DNA of 64,000 bases. Origin: Catajapyx aquilonaris (taxonomy: Eukaryota). The notes under the pieces were generated by a model. That model ran no database searches, was not told the DNA's origin, and was given only the letters and a program-made list of their open reading frames with translations. The translations under genes and the position numbers were made by a program. The DNA is taken from the NCBI GenBank assembly GCA_000934665.2, contig KZ538404.1:1-64000 (forward strand), read 5' to 3'. Shown in pieces: positions 1-9,840 of the stretch (positions are counted from its first letter, which is position 1; each line of letters opens with the position of its first letter).

Positions 1-243
1 CATGATGGTGATATAATCACATGACGGTTACTTGTACCTGATAAGGGCAGACACCAATAAGGCCATTTTTCTTGCTAAAGTACCAAACGTATTAACTTAC
101 CAAAATTCTCGCGACCTCGTGGCGAGGTCGCAGGACCTCGCAAATTGCGACCTGGCAGCTAGGTTGTACATCGCAAAATGTGAGCTCGCAGCGAGCTCTC
201 GTTTGTTTCAAAAACGATGTCTCTGCGAGGTGGGCTAGTCAGA

Positions 244-325
244 TCGCCACGACGTCGTGGTTTGCAAGGTCGCCACGACCGCGTGGTTTGCAAGGTCGCC
301 ACGACCTCGTGGTTTGCAAGGTCGC
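244..325. repeat. Tandem repeat, 26-bp unit x3
   Basis: TCGCCACGAC(GT/CG/CT)CGTGGTTTGCAAGG at 244, 270 and 296, head-to-tail with no spacers. Each unit contains a CCACG..CGTGG hairpin. Confidence 0.92.
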
Positions 326-1168
326 GGCAAGGTAGTAAGCTACGAATTGATAGTTAGCTCATGGAATAAGACCTAGCAATATGCAACACTAGTGGCTACG
401 TTTTTAATTGCCAAATCCGAGTTCGCAGTGGTTTCTCATTAACCACGATGTCCCTGCGAGGTGGGTTGCAAGGTACTCATAAGATGGTCATCACGGGGAG
501 TGACTTATTATTTATTATAGCTGCCACCTCGTTGCAGTCTGAGCGGCCGTTGCTTGGTTGGTTTACAGGGAAGTCCGGAAGTGCTCATATTGTGTGGTTC
601 TTCATGTTGAGCCTTCGCAGAAAAAGCCGCCTTATTTCCATGCCCCGGATTGTCCTGCTCGCACCATAAGCATTGCCATCGACCGCCTCTAGCAAATTTA
701 TGTCACAATGAAGTAAGTCGGGGGCAAATGAGCCGCATGCAATGGAGTCTCCTGCCACCTTTGCGTACATGTAATGGCCAAAATTAATTAACATTGTTGT
801 GGGATAAATCGGAGCAGACTTGTAACGAGAATCCGATCAGCAGCGCCATCTAGACGCGGGAAGTTGCCAGGAGCCAATAAGTTCGCGCATACATCGCAAT
901 TTGCGACCTACGGGCGAGGTCGTAAAACGCGAGCTCGCGGCGAGGTCACTTCCCACGAGCTCGCGGAGAAGTCGTGTTTTGCGACCATCGGGCGAGGTCG
1001 CAAGGTACACGTCGTGAAATGGAGCTCGCGGCGAGGTCACTTTCCACGAGCTGGAGGTGAAAGTTTTGAACATTTGTTCAGTAATCCGGTCTGCGAGGTG
1101 GCACGATGTGATTGCGAGCTCCATACGAGGTTGCAAGGTCCACACGACCTCACTGTGAGCTCGTGGCA

Positions 1169-1222
1169 TTTCTCTTTCATTTGATGTCTAAATTATAATT
1201 TAGACATCAAATGAAAGAGAAA
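1169..1222. repeat. Perfect 54-bp spacerless palindrome
   Basis: TTTCTCTTTCATTTGATGTCTAAATTATAATTTAGACATCAAATGAAAGAGAAA equals its own reverse complement, centred at 1195/1196. Confidence 0.97.
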
Positions 1223-1443
1223 CGCGAGTAGAATGGGCTTATGGGAATAGTTTTTCTGTTGTTACTTGTGACCTAAGGAACACGAATATGACCATGAATT
1301 TCCATGGACAAAAAAAAGTCAAATTTTGTTGTATAGTGTAGTCTTTACCTATCAGGCTATCATGATCAAAGACATGAGGGTGACCGAGAAATGTTGATCA
1401 GGTGGCATGCTGAATATATCCTTCGCAACACTTACGGTACGTA

Positions 1444-1604
1444 CAGTTCTGGTCATATATCGAGGCAACTGCCAGCGACATTTTCCGAAGCTGCAGAAGA
1501 AGGAATCGAAGATAAGCATACTTCAAGCATGGGCGACCAAGATTCCTTCTTCTGCCGCTGCGGAAAATGTCGCTGGCAGTTGCCTCGATATATGACCAGA
1601 ACTG
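1444..1604. mobile_element. Tc1/mariner-type MITE, family A copy 1
   Basis: ~64-bp near-perfect TIRs CAGTTCTGGTCATATATCGAGGCAACTGCCAGCG..., flanked by TA at 1442-1443 and 1605-1606. A second copy lies at 37538-37695. Confidence 0.92.
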
Positions 1605-1915
1605 TACGGCACTAGCAAAGTTCGAAATTTTAGTACAATATTATCCATGGACCTTAAGTGACTTAAAAACCTTTAGCACTATACATGTATACATTTTCAA
1701 TGTAAATTGACATTTGCCTGATTAGAAGTTAAATAACCCATCGATAAAATAAAACATTCGTTCATTGACGACTTGTATAGAGTGCATTACGGATGTCAAC
1801 AGGCTGGCCAATATGCTCTTTCCTCTGCCTAAATTCAAGTAAATAGCGTAACACAGCACACAGAGCATTTCAATATGGTATTATTAAAATTTTTTGAGCC
1901 TTTGGTAAGTTGATA

Positions 1916-2674
1916 CAGTAACTAAACCTGTCTACGTTGGACATTGACTGTTCCAAGAAAATTGTCCAACATAAGGAGGTGTCCAACATATTAAGATTTT
2001 AATCTCTCGGCTTTCACAGTGCAGCAGAATAATGCACGAGTAAGTAGTGGTACTGTACAGTAATCAACTTTCAATGCACGTTTTCTTATTTTCGGTGCAG
2101 TCCAGCACAGTGTATACATGCAATTTCTAAAACTGGCCTGCTTTTTGGTTCATAAATCAGTAACAAGCGACTCGAAGAGAAATTTCATTTTTCTTTTGAG
2201 CAGCAAAAAAATGTCGTCAGTAATATTAAAGAGTGGCATGCCAAAGCATAAAGTTCTATTTTTTAAAAAATGTAATCAAGGGCTTCCCGATGGTCGCAAT
2301 CAGGTTTTAAAGTGTACTCATCATTCTTTTGAAGATTTACTTTGCGTACCATATTCATCCTCCGTTGTCAGGATATTGTCATACAGTTGTCATTGTCACT
2401 TGATGACCTGCTTCACAAATTATGTATGCAGAGCTCAGCATGGCTCAGGTTTTAAGGGGTGGGGGGAGGAGAATACAATCATGTAGAATAAATGTGAAAA
2501 TTGTACTGCACATGCCCAATTTAAGAGGGGAAAAAGTGTCCCACTTCCAAGATAAACAGGTGTCCAACTTAGCAACATTGCAAGGGATAGGCTTTTTCCA
2601 ATGGTTCCAAAAATAATGTCCAACATAGGGAGGTGTCCAACTTACTAATGTGCCCAACTTGACAGGTTTTACTG
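1916..2674. mobile_element. pogo/Tigger-like non-autonomous DNA transposon (MITE)
   Basis: Left TA|CAGTAACTAAACCTGTCTACGTTGGAC versus right GCCCAACTTGACAGGTTTTACTG. Subterminal motif TGTCCAACATA(A/G)GGAGGTGTCCAAC recurs at ~1963 and ~2617. Confidence 0.75.
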
Positions 2675-2758
2675 CATTTGCATTCGCAAGTTATAACGCG
2701 ATACCACATACCTTTACTTTCTCCTATTCATTTTTTCACGCCAACACCAGCTACTCTA

Positions 2759-2888
2759 AGGGCCGGTTTCACCAAGCCCGGTTTTCATAAAAACCCCGGT
2801 TCTTTCGGAAAATCCCTATTCTATTTGCAGGGATTTTCCGAAAGAACCGGGTTTTTTTATGAAAACCGGGCTTGGTGAAACCGGCCCT
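2759..2888. mobile_element. Palindromic MITE (PIF/Harbinger-like GGGCCGG termini)
   Basis: ~60-bp near-perfect inverted arms AGGGCCGGTTTCACCAAGCCCGGTTTTCATAAAAA...GGTGAAACCGGCCCT with a ~12-nt loop, flanked by TA (CTA/TAG context). Superfamily uncertain. Confidence 0.85.
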
Positions 2889-2940
2889 TAGTTGATATGC
2901 TTATTTTAAAATTTACGTCTCAGGTCTACAGGCCTGTGCA

Positions 2941-3025
2941 GGTGAAAGTGGGTTCGATGGGCCCTCTCCTTATTCGCTTGGGTTTTCTTGAGATTCTCCC
3001 GTTTCCCTCCACAATCAAAATGTAT
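2941..3025 (+). mobile_element. SINE core fragment (V/Meta-domain-like), related to the 42.0-kb copy
   Basis: GTGAAAGTGGGTTCGATGGGCCCTCTCCTTATTCGCTTGGGTTTT...TTTCCCTCCACAATCAAAATGTA aligns by eye with 42088-42175. The following (ATG)n may be its expanded tail. Confidence 0.5.
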
Positions 3026-3083
3026 CAATAGCGAAGTGATTGTAATAAAGCCGGATCAATTAAAAAGGAACCTCTAAAAGGCC

Positions 3084-3091
3084 ATGATGAC

Positions 3092-3166
<75 letters not shown>
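3084..3166. repeat. (ATG)n microsatellite
   Basis: About 27 near-perfect ATG/GAT units; source of the spurious poly-Met and poly-His ORFs. Confidence 0.98.
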
Positions 3167-5673
3167 CGTCATCATCATACACACTGCTGTAGTCGGCTGT
3201 AGTGTAAACTACACGATGAAACAAAAAATGAAGTTTTGCTTTGTTTTTGAAGATGCGTGTATATGGAAATAAATGACAGGGCTGTGAATATATCGCACAT
3301 GAATCACGCTGATGCTGATGAGTCAAATATAGCGTGTAGGAGTTGCGGGTCTTCCATCTTCTACGGGTTCGCCTGTCGGTTACCGGGTTACGCGACGTTT
3401 TTGCTCTATTACCTAGTACAAATACTAGCGAAACAAGTGGGATGGATGTGGACAGAACAATGAGCTCTATTCACGGATGTGTGAGAAGCTAACCAATGCA
3501 ATAAGGGGTGTGGGTGTAAAAACAAGGTCATCCAAAACCACACAAATTGGAGCTAACTCCAGTTTGAGAGACTAACCCAATATTATTCCTCTGATACCGT
3601 TAGGTCCATGCTTACCCACCGACACATCCCAAAGCGCTGAAATGGAAGCCAGCACAAAATGCGAGTGCTTTGCGTAGCAAAGGTGCAGGTATGCAAACAA
3701 TCAATGAAGCTAATCTGTAGCATGTTAGGAAGGGGATGGAAAAGCGCCAAGAGCAACAATGAGGCCGGGGCAAGGGAGAGAGGCCGAATCCCCAGGAAGT
3801 ATGATGGGATCAACACTCTTGAGTAATCAGTTGCCAGGGTCAAGCCTTTGTGGAACGGGCAGGGATGAGAGGATGCAGCTCCAGCATCATCTCTCTGGCT
3901 CACTCGCGCGGTCATCATCCCATTGCTTAAGCCAGGGTGCCCTCGATTCATGGAAGAATGAAATAGGACCTAGAATATTGATGTTGGTCATCCATAGACA
4001 GGAGTGCGAGTGAGGTTCCCAAGGTGGTGGTGCAAGAGTCCTCGCAGGCGTGGAGATGAGTGAATGAGTTCTATCATGGGTTGGGATTGGAACAGTGGCT
4101 CCACTTCCCGGCTTCCTGCTCTGAAATCAATGAGAGAGACAGTCTGCGGGCCTATCTCCACAGACTTGGCTCAGGCCCAAAATTTCGAGACCCTACACGC
4201 CAGCAGACTGTTGGTTTTCCAGCATCCCCCCAGCTAGCCAAACCTTTCTTCTTCATCAGTAGAGTCCGGGAGCACAAGTGTCCAGTCCAAAGCGATCCCG
4301 CCGATAATGTTCGCCATTTGTCTCCACCGCTATGCGTTATTTTGTGGGGAGGCTCTGGGGGCTTATAGAAGTTCGCCATTTTGAAAAATTGGCCTGGGCT
4401 ATTCTAAGCCAATTTATTTTCTTCCATTCATCCAGTCCTGACTTGAAGGTGTGAATGGGTGCTTTTTATCCGCTGCAAATTGCATTGGCCAATACAGTCG
4501 CGTGTGAGCACAATTTTGGGGAGATTTTATTATTGCGCGATGAGATTTTTACACAATTTTTCGTTACAGTGAAATATTCTGGTGCTCTCTCTCTCTCTAA
4601 TTCCGCATGCTGAAGAAGTGCAATTGTGTTATTGGAGTAAAACTATCTAATGAAAACGCTGAGTGATTTTGAAACTGGCATTCCAGTCACGCTCCAGCTT
4701 CCATTACACCTCTCCCACAATCCATTTCGAACTGCGTACATGTTCCATTTTGTCGTGAGTGGGCTGCACTATTTAACTGCAGTTTTACCTCCCTCTCTCT
4801 CTGCAATTTATTCCCTAAATCCAATGCACCAAACCGTCGTTCTTACTGGACTGTACCATTTCCAATAACCCGCTATGAGCATGATGCGACATCTTTTATT
4901 TGTGTGCTAACCAAATACAGTATGCCGTTTTTTCCTGCCTGTAACACGTGCGCTCATAAAGACAATGCTGCGTAATAATGGCAGAAATCTATATCAATGC
5001 CAACTGCAGGGAATCTACAGCGCACTTAATTCTCTTGCAAAATTCATTATTGTTTTAACTGACGTCGAAGAGACAGACGAAATTCATGTGCCTCGAAAGC
5101 TTTTTATTATTTATTTATGACGATTTATTAAAATTAATGCGACAACTGCATGCAGCAGTATTGCGAAATATCCATCTAATTCGCATCGCACAGGGTAAAA
5201 TCTGTCTCTGTTTGCCCCCATACGTTGGTATTACAAGAACCTGGTTTCCTTCAATACCATTTTTCACGAGGGGAAGTCGGATTGGTATCTCCCAAGGAAT
5301 TGAAGGAATAAGCACAGAGAAGTACCCAATATTTTAGGGAAGAAAATTATTGATTGCATGAAATTCTGATTCTGTCTGGCATTACACGGGTACTATATAC
5401 TGAAGCGATTGAATATTTTGTAAGGCGGCCACACTGCTGACGTGCGGTGCGGTGACTCATCCCAGCCCATAACCATTAATTCGTTTTGGGGAGGCGATAG
5501 ATCGGCTATCGTCCGCTACCTCTCGCCCACGTCAAGCCATCCCTTCCTGCCAAAAATTTTGAGGTCCCTGCCCTTGATAAATAAAGCACTGCCTATAGTT
5601 GGGCCAATGTTAGTGGAATGTAATTTATTCATACCCCATATTTAAATTTTTAAATTTGAATACACGTGACTTG

Positions 5674-5813
5674 GACTGGGTTGCACCAATGAAGGTAGAA
5701 CATCGACCGAAAATTTTTGTCCTTCATTGCTGATAACAACAAACCAACCTATTAACAGTAATAAATAGCTAGCACAAATAATCTGTGGATAATCTATGGT
5801 GGTGCAACCGGGC
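5674..5813. mobile_element. Degenerate Harbinger-like MITE
   Basis: Short inverted termini GACTGGGTTGCACCA ... TGGTGCAACCGGGC, similar in style to the 2759 element. Confidence 0.4.
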
Positions 5814-6715
5814 TTTATAAGGATAAGGGTTGGGAGCACCGAAGTCGGTAAAACAAATCCGACCGGATTTGTTTTACTGAGTTAGGTTCTCCCTGCTCTA
5901 AGACGGATATTTCATCAGAACCTTAAAAAATTGGATGGAATGGCTATGCAATAATACAAGACCCGGAGCCATTTACAATGTAACTGCAATGCACAGGGCA
6001 GACCACAATGAAATACATAGATTAAGCAGAAAAGTGATCGTGTTAATGGAAATCAATTATTGGGCATATAGTAATGTCATTGCACAAACAATTTATTGAC
6101 ACATATGCAGAGCGCGTTATAAGCCCAATTCGCTCTCTCATTGTAATACAGTATGTAAATATACAATGTAACAAATTAGATGGCCAGGGAACAGCATGAG
6201 TCTTCTTACATCTCAACAAGTTAATGCGCGAGTAATGTAGTGGTATGAAATAAGGTAACTGGGACCCCCCCCCCCCATTAATAACGCAGAAGTCGATGAA
6301 GTTGCGCCAGTAGACATGTTGACACACACCACGTACCGGCACAGTAGCAAGTACTGTTTATACAAGCTCATATGGGAAGTGGTACAGGAGCACAAAACAA
6401 AGGAAAAAAGTTATTAGCTCCAAACTGCGTCGAGTTAATTAAAAAATACATTATTACAATGGAATTGTTGATGGACCTTATTACAGGCACATGCACGTAA
6501 TCGCGCCCAGGCAGTATAGGCGAATGAAAATGCGATTATCACAAAATCAGTACCTTTAAAAGGTTAATCAAAATATCGTGATACAGCTTGAAGGCAAGAT
6601 TCCACCCTACAAGCCGATTATGTCATAACCTTGCTTAGTGACAATAATTTCCAATATAAGAACAGCCTTAGTAGCCATTGCTCCCGGGTTCTGAAAACCG
6701 AGAATTACCCCCCCC

Positions 6716-6904
6716 NNNNNNNNNNNNNNNNNNNNNNNNNNNNNNNNNNNNNNNNNNNNNNNNNNNNNNNNNNNNNNNNNNNNNNNNNNNNNNNNNNNNN
6801 NNNNNNNNNNNNNNNNNNNNNNNNNNNNNNNNNNNNNNNNNNNNNNNNNNNNNNNNNNNNNNNNNNNNNNNNNNNNNNNNNNNNNNNNNNNNNNNNNNNN
6901 NNNN
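6716..6904. other. Assembly gap (189 N) flanked by poly-C runs
   Basis: Run of N with C homopolymers on both sides. Confidence 1.
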
Positions 6905-7433
6905 CCCCCCCCCCCCAAAAAAAAAAATACCGGGTAGGGGGAGGGGGGGGGTGCATATTGCATCCGTCCCGGCATCCCCTTTCGGTACAGTAGGTGGGTA
7001 GCAGTCTGAAGTGAAGCTGAGCAGGGCGGGGTGTAGGTTATCGAGTGCGCATGCTGGTTTGGGTGGATGGGTCCAGCCAGCACACGCCGGGAGTCTGGGC
7101 TTCTCTAGTCCGGACACGGCCGAGGAAAGGAAAACCGGACGAGGGGGCCCCAACTGGAGAGCCTCGACTACCACTATTTCCCCGCCTCCCCCTCCCTCCC
7201 TCCCTTCCCGCCCCTCCTTACCACTCCCTTCTCCCCCCACCATGTATCGTGTGACCTTGCAGTTTTGACCTAAGCCGACCTTGACCCGAGTGACCTTGCT
7301 GAAGAACCAGAAACAGATATAGAAAAAAATAATAATAATAAGAGAGGAGGGATATCGTGCGCGGGATATTCGGATTGTGGGTGCCCCGGTAGTTTGTGTG
7401 CGGCGTGTGAGTGACTGCTAAATGCCGGTAAGT
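6905..7433 (+). promoter_or_regulatory. Candidate promoter / first exon of an unidentified gene, ending ATG CCG | GTAAGT
   Basis: Strongest GC/CpG-rich block in the window, with G- and C-tracts and a GC box (GGGCGGGG ~7025). CTAAATG (ATG 7422-7424) and CCG are directly followed by a consensus donor GTAAGT (7428-7433). A TCAGTC Inr-like motif also occurs at ~7573. No transcript evidence. Confidence 0.45.
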
Positions 7434-8577
7434 GCAACAATGATGTGTATATTTTTTATAGTGGTTGTAGCCTATGCAAACGACTAGAAGCGACCGCGAC
7501 AAAGGGGAAGGGGAGCTCGGTTTTCCCTAACCCGAAGTGCCACTAATTGTGTGCACGAAAGGCGTCGCATCTCAGTCGATCGAAAACACCCGAGCCCGTC
7601 ACCCCCCTTTTTTTGGGGAGCCATACCGGTCTGGCCCTGCAGCAATGTACAATGTACACGCTGCACCAAAAAAATATCTGGTCAACGACCCGTATCAAAT
7701 CCGAAGCAAAATGTCGCAAACTAAGGTTGTCAAGTGGCGAAAACAATCACCGTTGAGGACCTAGAGGAAAGCGGTTTGTGGGGTGAACGTGACGTTGTAG
7801 TTTTTAAAAGCCTAGACAATTCCTACGGGAGGTTTTATAAGCTTCACAAAAGATAGGACGTAGTGCAGCCTGTTGCATGATTCATGTGGCTCTTTCCCCC
7901 TAAAGACCAATGCATTACAATGCGGCGGACATGGCCAACATTCCTAACCGTCAAGCTCAAGCCATGCAAGTGGTAGGCCTAGATGAACATGGTTCAAACT
8001 TGACCCGAACGAACGGAAAGAAAGAGGCAGTAACATAGCTACGATGTTTTATTTTTCACTTAGTTAAATCACTTTGGGGGTCGACAGGGTCGACGGAAAT
8101 CACAGTTCATTTTCGGCTTGATGGAGATCCTACGTGGGGGCCATAAAAAATTATGGCTGGGTTGCAGGGAACAGGTTAATAAAGATCAAAAAGTTGGATA
8201 CGACTAAGATCAGTAGTGTTTTCAGAAGGACTGCAACAATGTCCGTTTGATGCAAATATTTCATGGATGTTTACCTGAAACCATTATCTGTAGTCATTCC
8301 GTAAGGAAATTAAGCTCAACCTCAAATGTCAAACACACAAAGACTAAAATCAAAGGCAGATGGAATCACTGCACCACTCTTGGGAAAGTAGCTGCAAATA
8401 TCTGATTCTTTGGGTCCTCCAACTTATTGCGGCAGTGAATTTTAGAATCTGCACTGGTTTTGGAAATAAGCGATAATGAGGCTGCTAGAGATGGTGTCAA
8501 TCAAAGCAGGGGTAAATAGAGTCGCATAATTATCGTGAATTCAACCTGAGCTGGAGGTTTTTTAGGAAATGTACTCG

Positions 8578-8830
8578 TCATTTAATGAATACACTCTGGC
8601 GAGGTAATGTTTTCCACGAACTTAACAAAGAAAATTGGACCAAATAATACAATGTGGCTAATGAAAGGACCAGATTGAAACTGTGTTCGAGAATGAGTAC
8701 TTTTATTCTTCTTCTGGTCGTGTTCATCTTATGACGTCCTTGATCTGTGATTAGGAACGAGAGTATTGAACATGAGGGTAACCCTTGAAAATCGATATCC
8801 ACGGAAAAAGTTTTGCAGTTAATTTTGTGA
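8578..8830 (+). repeat. Direct-duplicated segment, copy 1 (paralog at ~9604-9840)
   Basis: 8722-8821 GTTCATCTTATGACGTCCTTGATC...GGAAAAAGTTTTGCAGTTA is highly similar to 9730-9828. Looser similarity extends upstream (ACTCTGGCGAGGTAATG; CTGTGTTCGAGAATGAG). Confidence 0.85.
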
Positions 8831-9052
8831 TAGCTTTGTTGTAATCAAGCACTCTTTCTGCCATATTTTGTCGAAATTAATTTGCGATCAGAAGAGACTG
8901 ATCTTTTGTATGCGTACAATTTCCACGTAACTGACTTTATTGAACACGAATATATTGGTAAAGCAGTTTAGTGCGCATTGTACTAACATGACGTTGCTGG
9001 GTTAAAAATAAACAGCCAACCCATTGACATCTCAACATTTAAATCTCTTAAT

Positions 9053-9415
9053 AAATAATAATAATATTATTATTGTAATATCCTGGGGTAGTGGTTTCAC
9101 TCCCAATGGGGGTATATCACACGGACCTTTATTTAGCCATATGTGTACATTTGGAACCTATTTTTGAAGCGCCCGGGCCCACGGGCAGGATGACAGGAGG
9201 GAATGTGCAAAGTGCAGTGGGCTGTCGTGGGTGAGGTCATTTTGTGAACTCCCCCAAGTTGTTAGTCTAAGGCGGTCTAAGGAGTCCCACCCGAGACGAA
9301 GCCAGAGATGGCCCAAACTCTGCCCGAGATGAAGAGGGTGACCCCGGGCTGGGATCGAACCAGGGATCTTAACATCCGTGGGCGCGTGCGTTACCGCAGC
9401 GCCACTCCGCCTCCC
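9053..9415 (-). mobile_element. Full-length tRNA-derived SINE
   Basis: Minus-strand head GGGAGGCGGAGTGGCGCTGCGGTAAC (A box) ... GGTTCGATCCC (B box) and an AT-rich trinucleotide tail. Exact 14-bp TSD TTAAATCTCTTAAT at 9039-9052 and 9416-9429. Confidence 0.93.
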
Positions 9416-9603
9416 TTAAATCTCTTAATTAAGAAACAGCTCGTCTTGAACAGAGCGTGTTACCTCTAAAGTGAAAAAGTGCTATCGACCAAATATGGTT
9501 GCGGACACTCATTCTTTCGAGTGAGTGCGACTACCTGTGACACATGTCTCACTTGTCACAGGACATGCGGAAAAACCAGAATCCGGAGTCATGTTTGGCC
9601 GAC

Positions 9604-9840
9604 TCATCAATTAATTATGAACTCTTGCGAGGTAATGATTTTCAATCAACTAAAAAAAATAAAATGGATACAATTACGCTACGTCTATTAAACTTGTAGC
9701 TGTGTTCAAGTATGAGCCCTCACCTAGAGTTCATCTTATGACGTCCTTGATCTTAGATTAGGAACGGGAGTATTGAACATGAGGTCAACCTTTGAAAATC
9801 GATATCTACGGAAAAAGTTTTCCAGTTATATATGATACAT
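9604..9840 (+). repeat. Direct-duplicated segment, copy 2
   Basis: See 8578-8830. Confidence 0.85.

Larger units (their letters stand above)
99..1237. mobile_element. Non-autonomous CACTA/EnSpm(CMC)-like DNA element with dense palindromic subterminal repeats
   Basis: Both ends (~105-330 and ~880-1167) are packed with short palindromic motifs (GCGAGGTCGC, GCGAGCTCGC, CGACCTCG, TTGCAAGGTC) around a more unique core (~480-840). Termini are weakly inverted (ACCAAAATTCTCGC ... GCGAGTAGAATGGG). Superfamily is inferred from architecture only; boundaries approximate. Confidence 0.5.

Noticed and set aside
244..325. CRISPR-like palindromic direct repeats
   Set aside because: Units are contiguous with no unique spacers, there are no cas genes, and the context is eukaryotic; they are transposon subterminal repeats.
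3060..3326. Poly-His / poly-Met ORFs
   Set aside because: Artefacts of the (ATG)n microsatellite.
5935..6000. A miR-33 precursor hairpin on the minus strand
   Set aside because: Adjacent sequence pairs only weakly (short interrupted stems), so there is no credible pre-miRNA; kept only as a possible target site.
6607..7268. Long ORFs spanning or adjacent to the gap
   Set aside because: Inflated by Ns and low-complexity G/C tracts; no recognisable domain.
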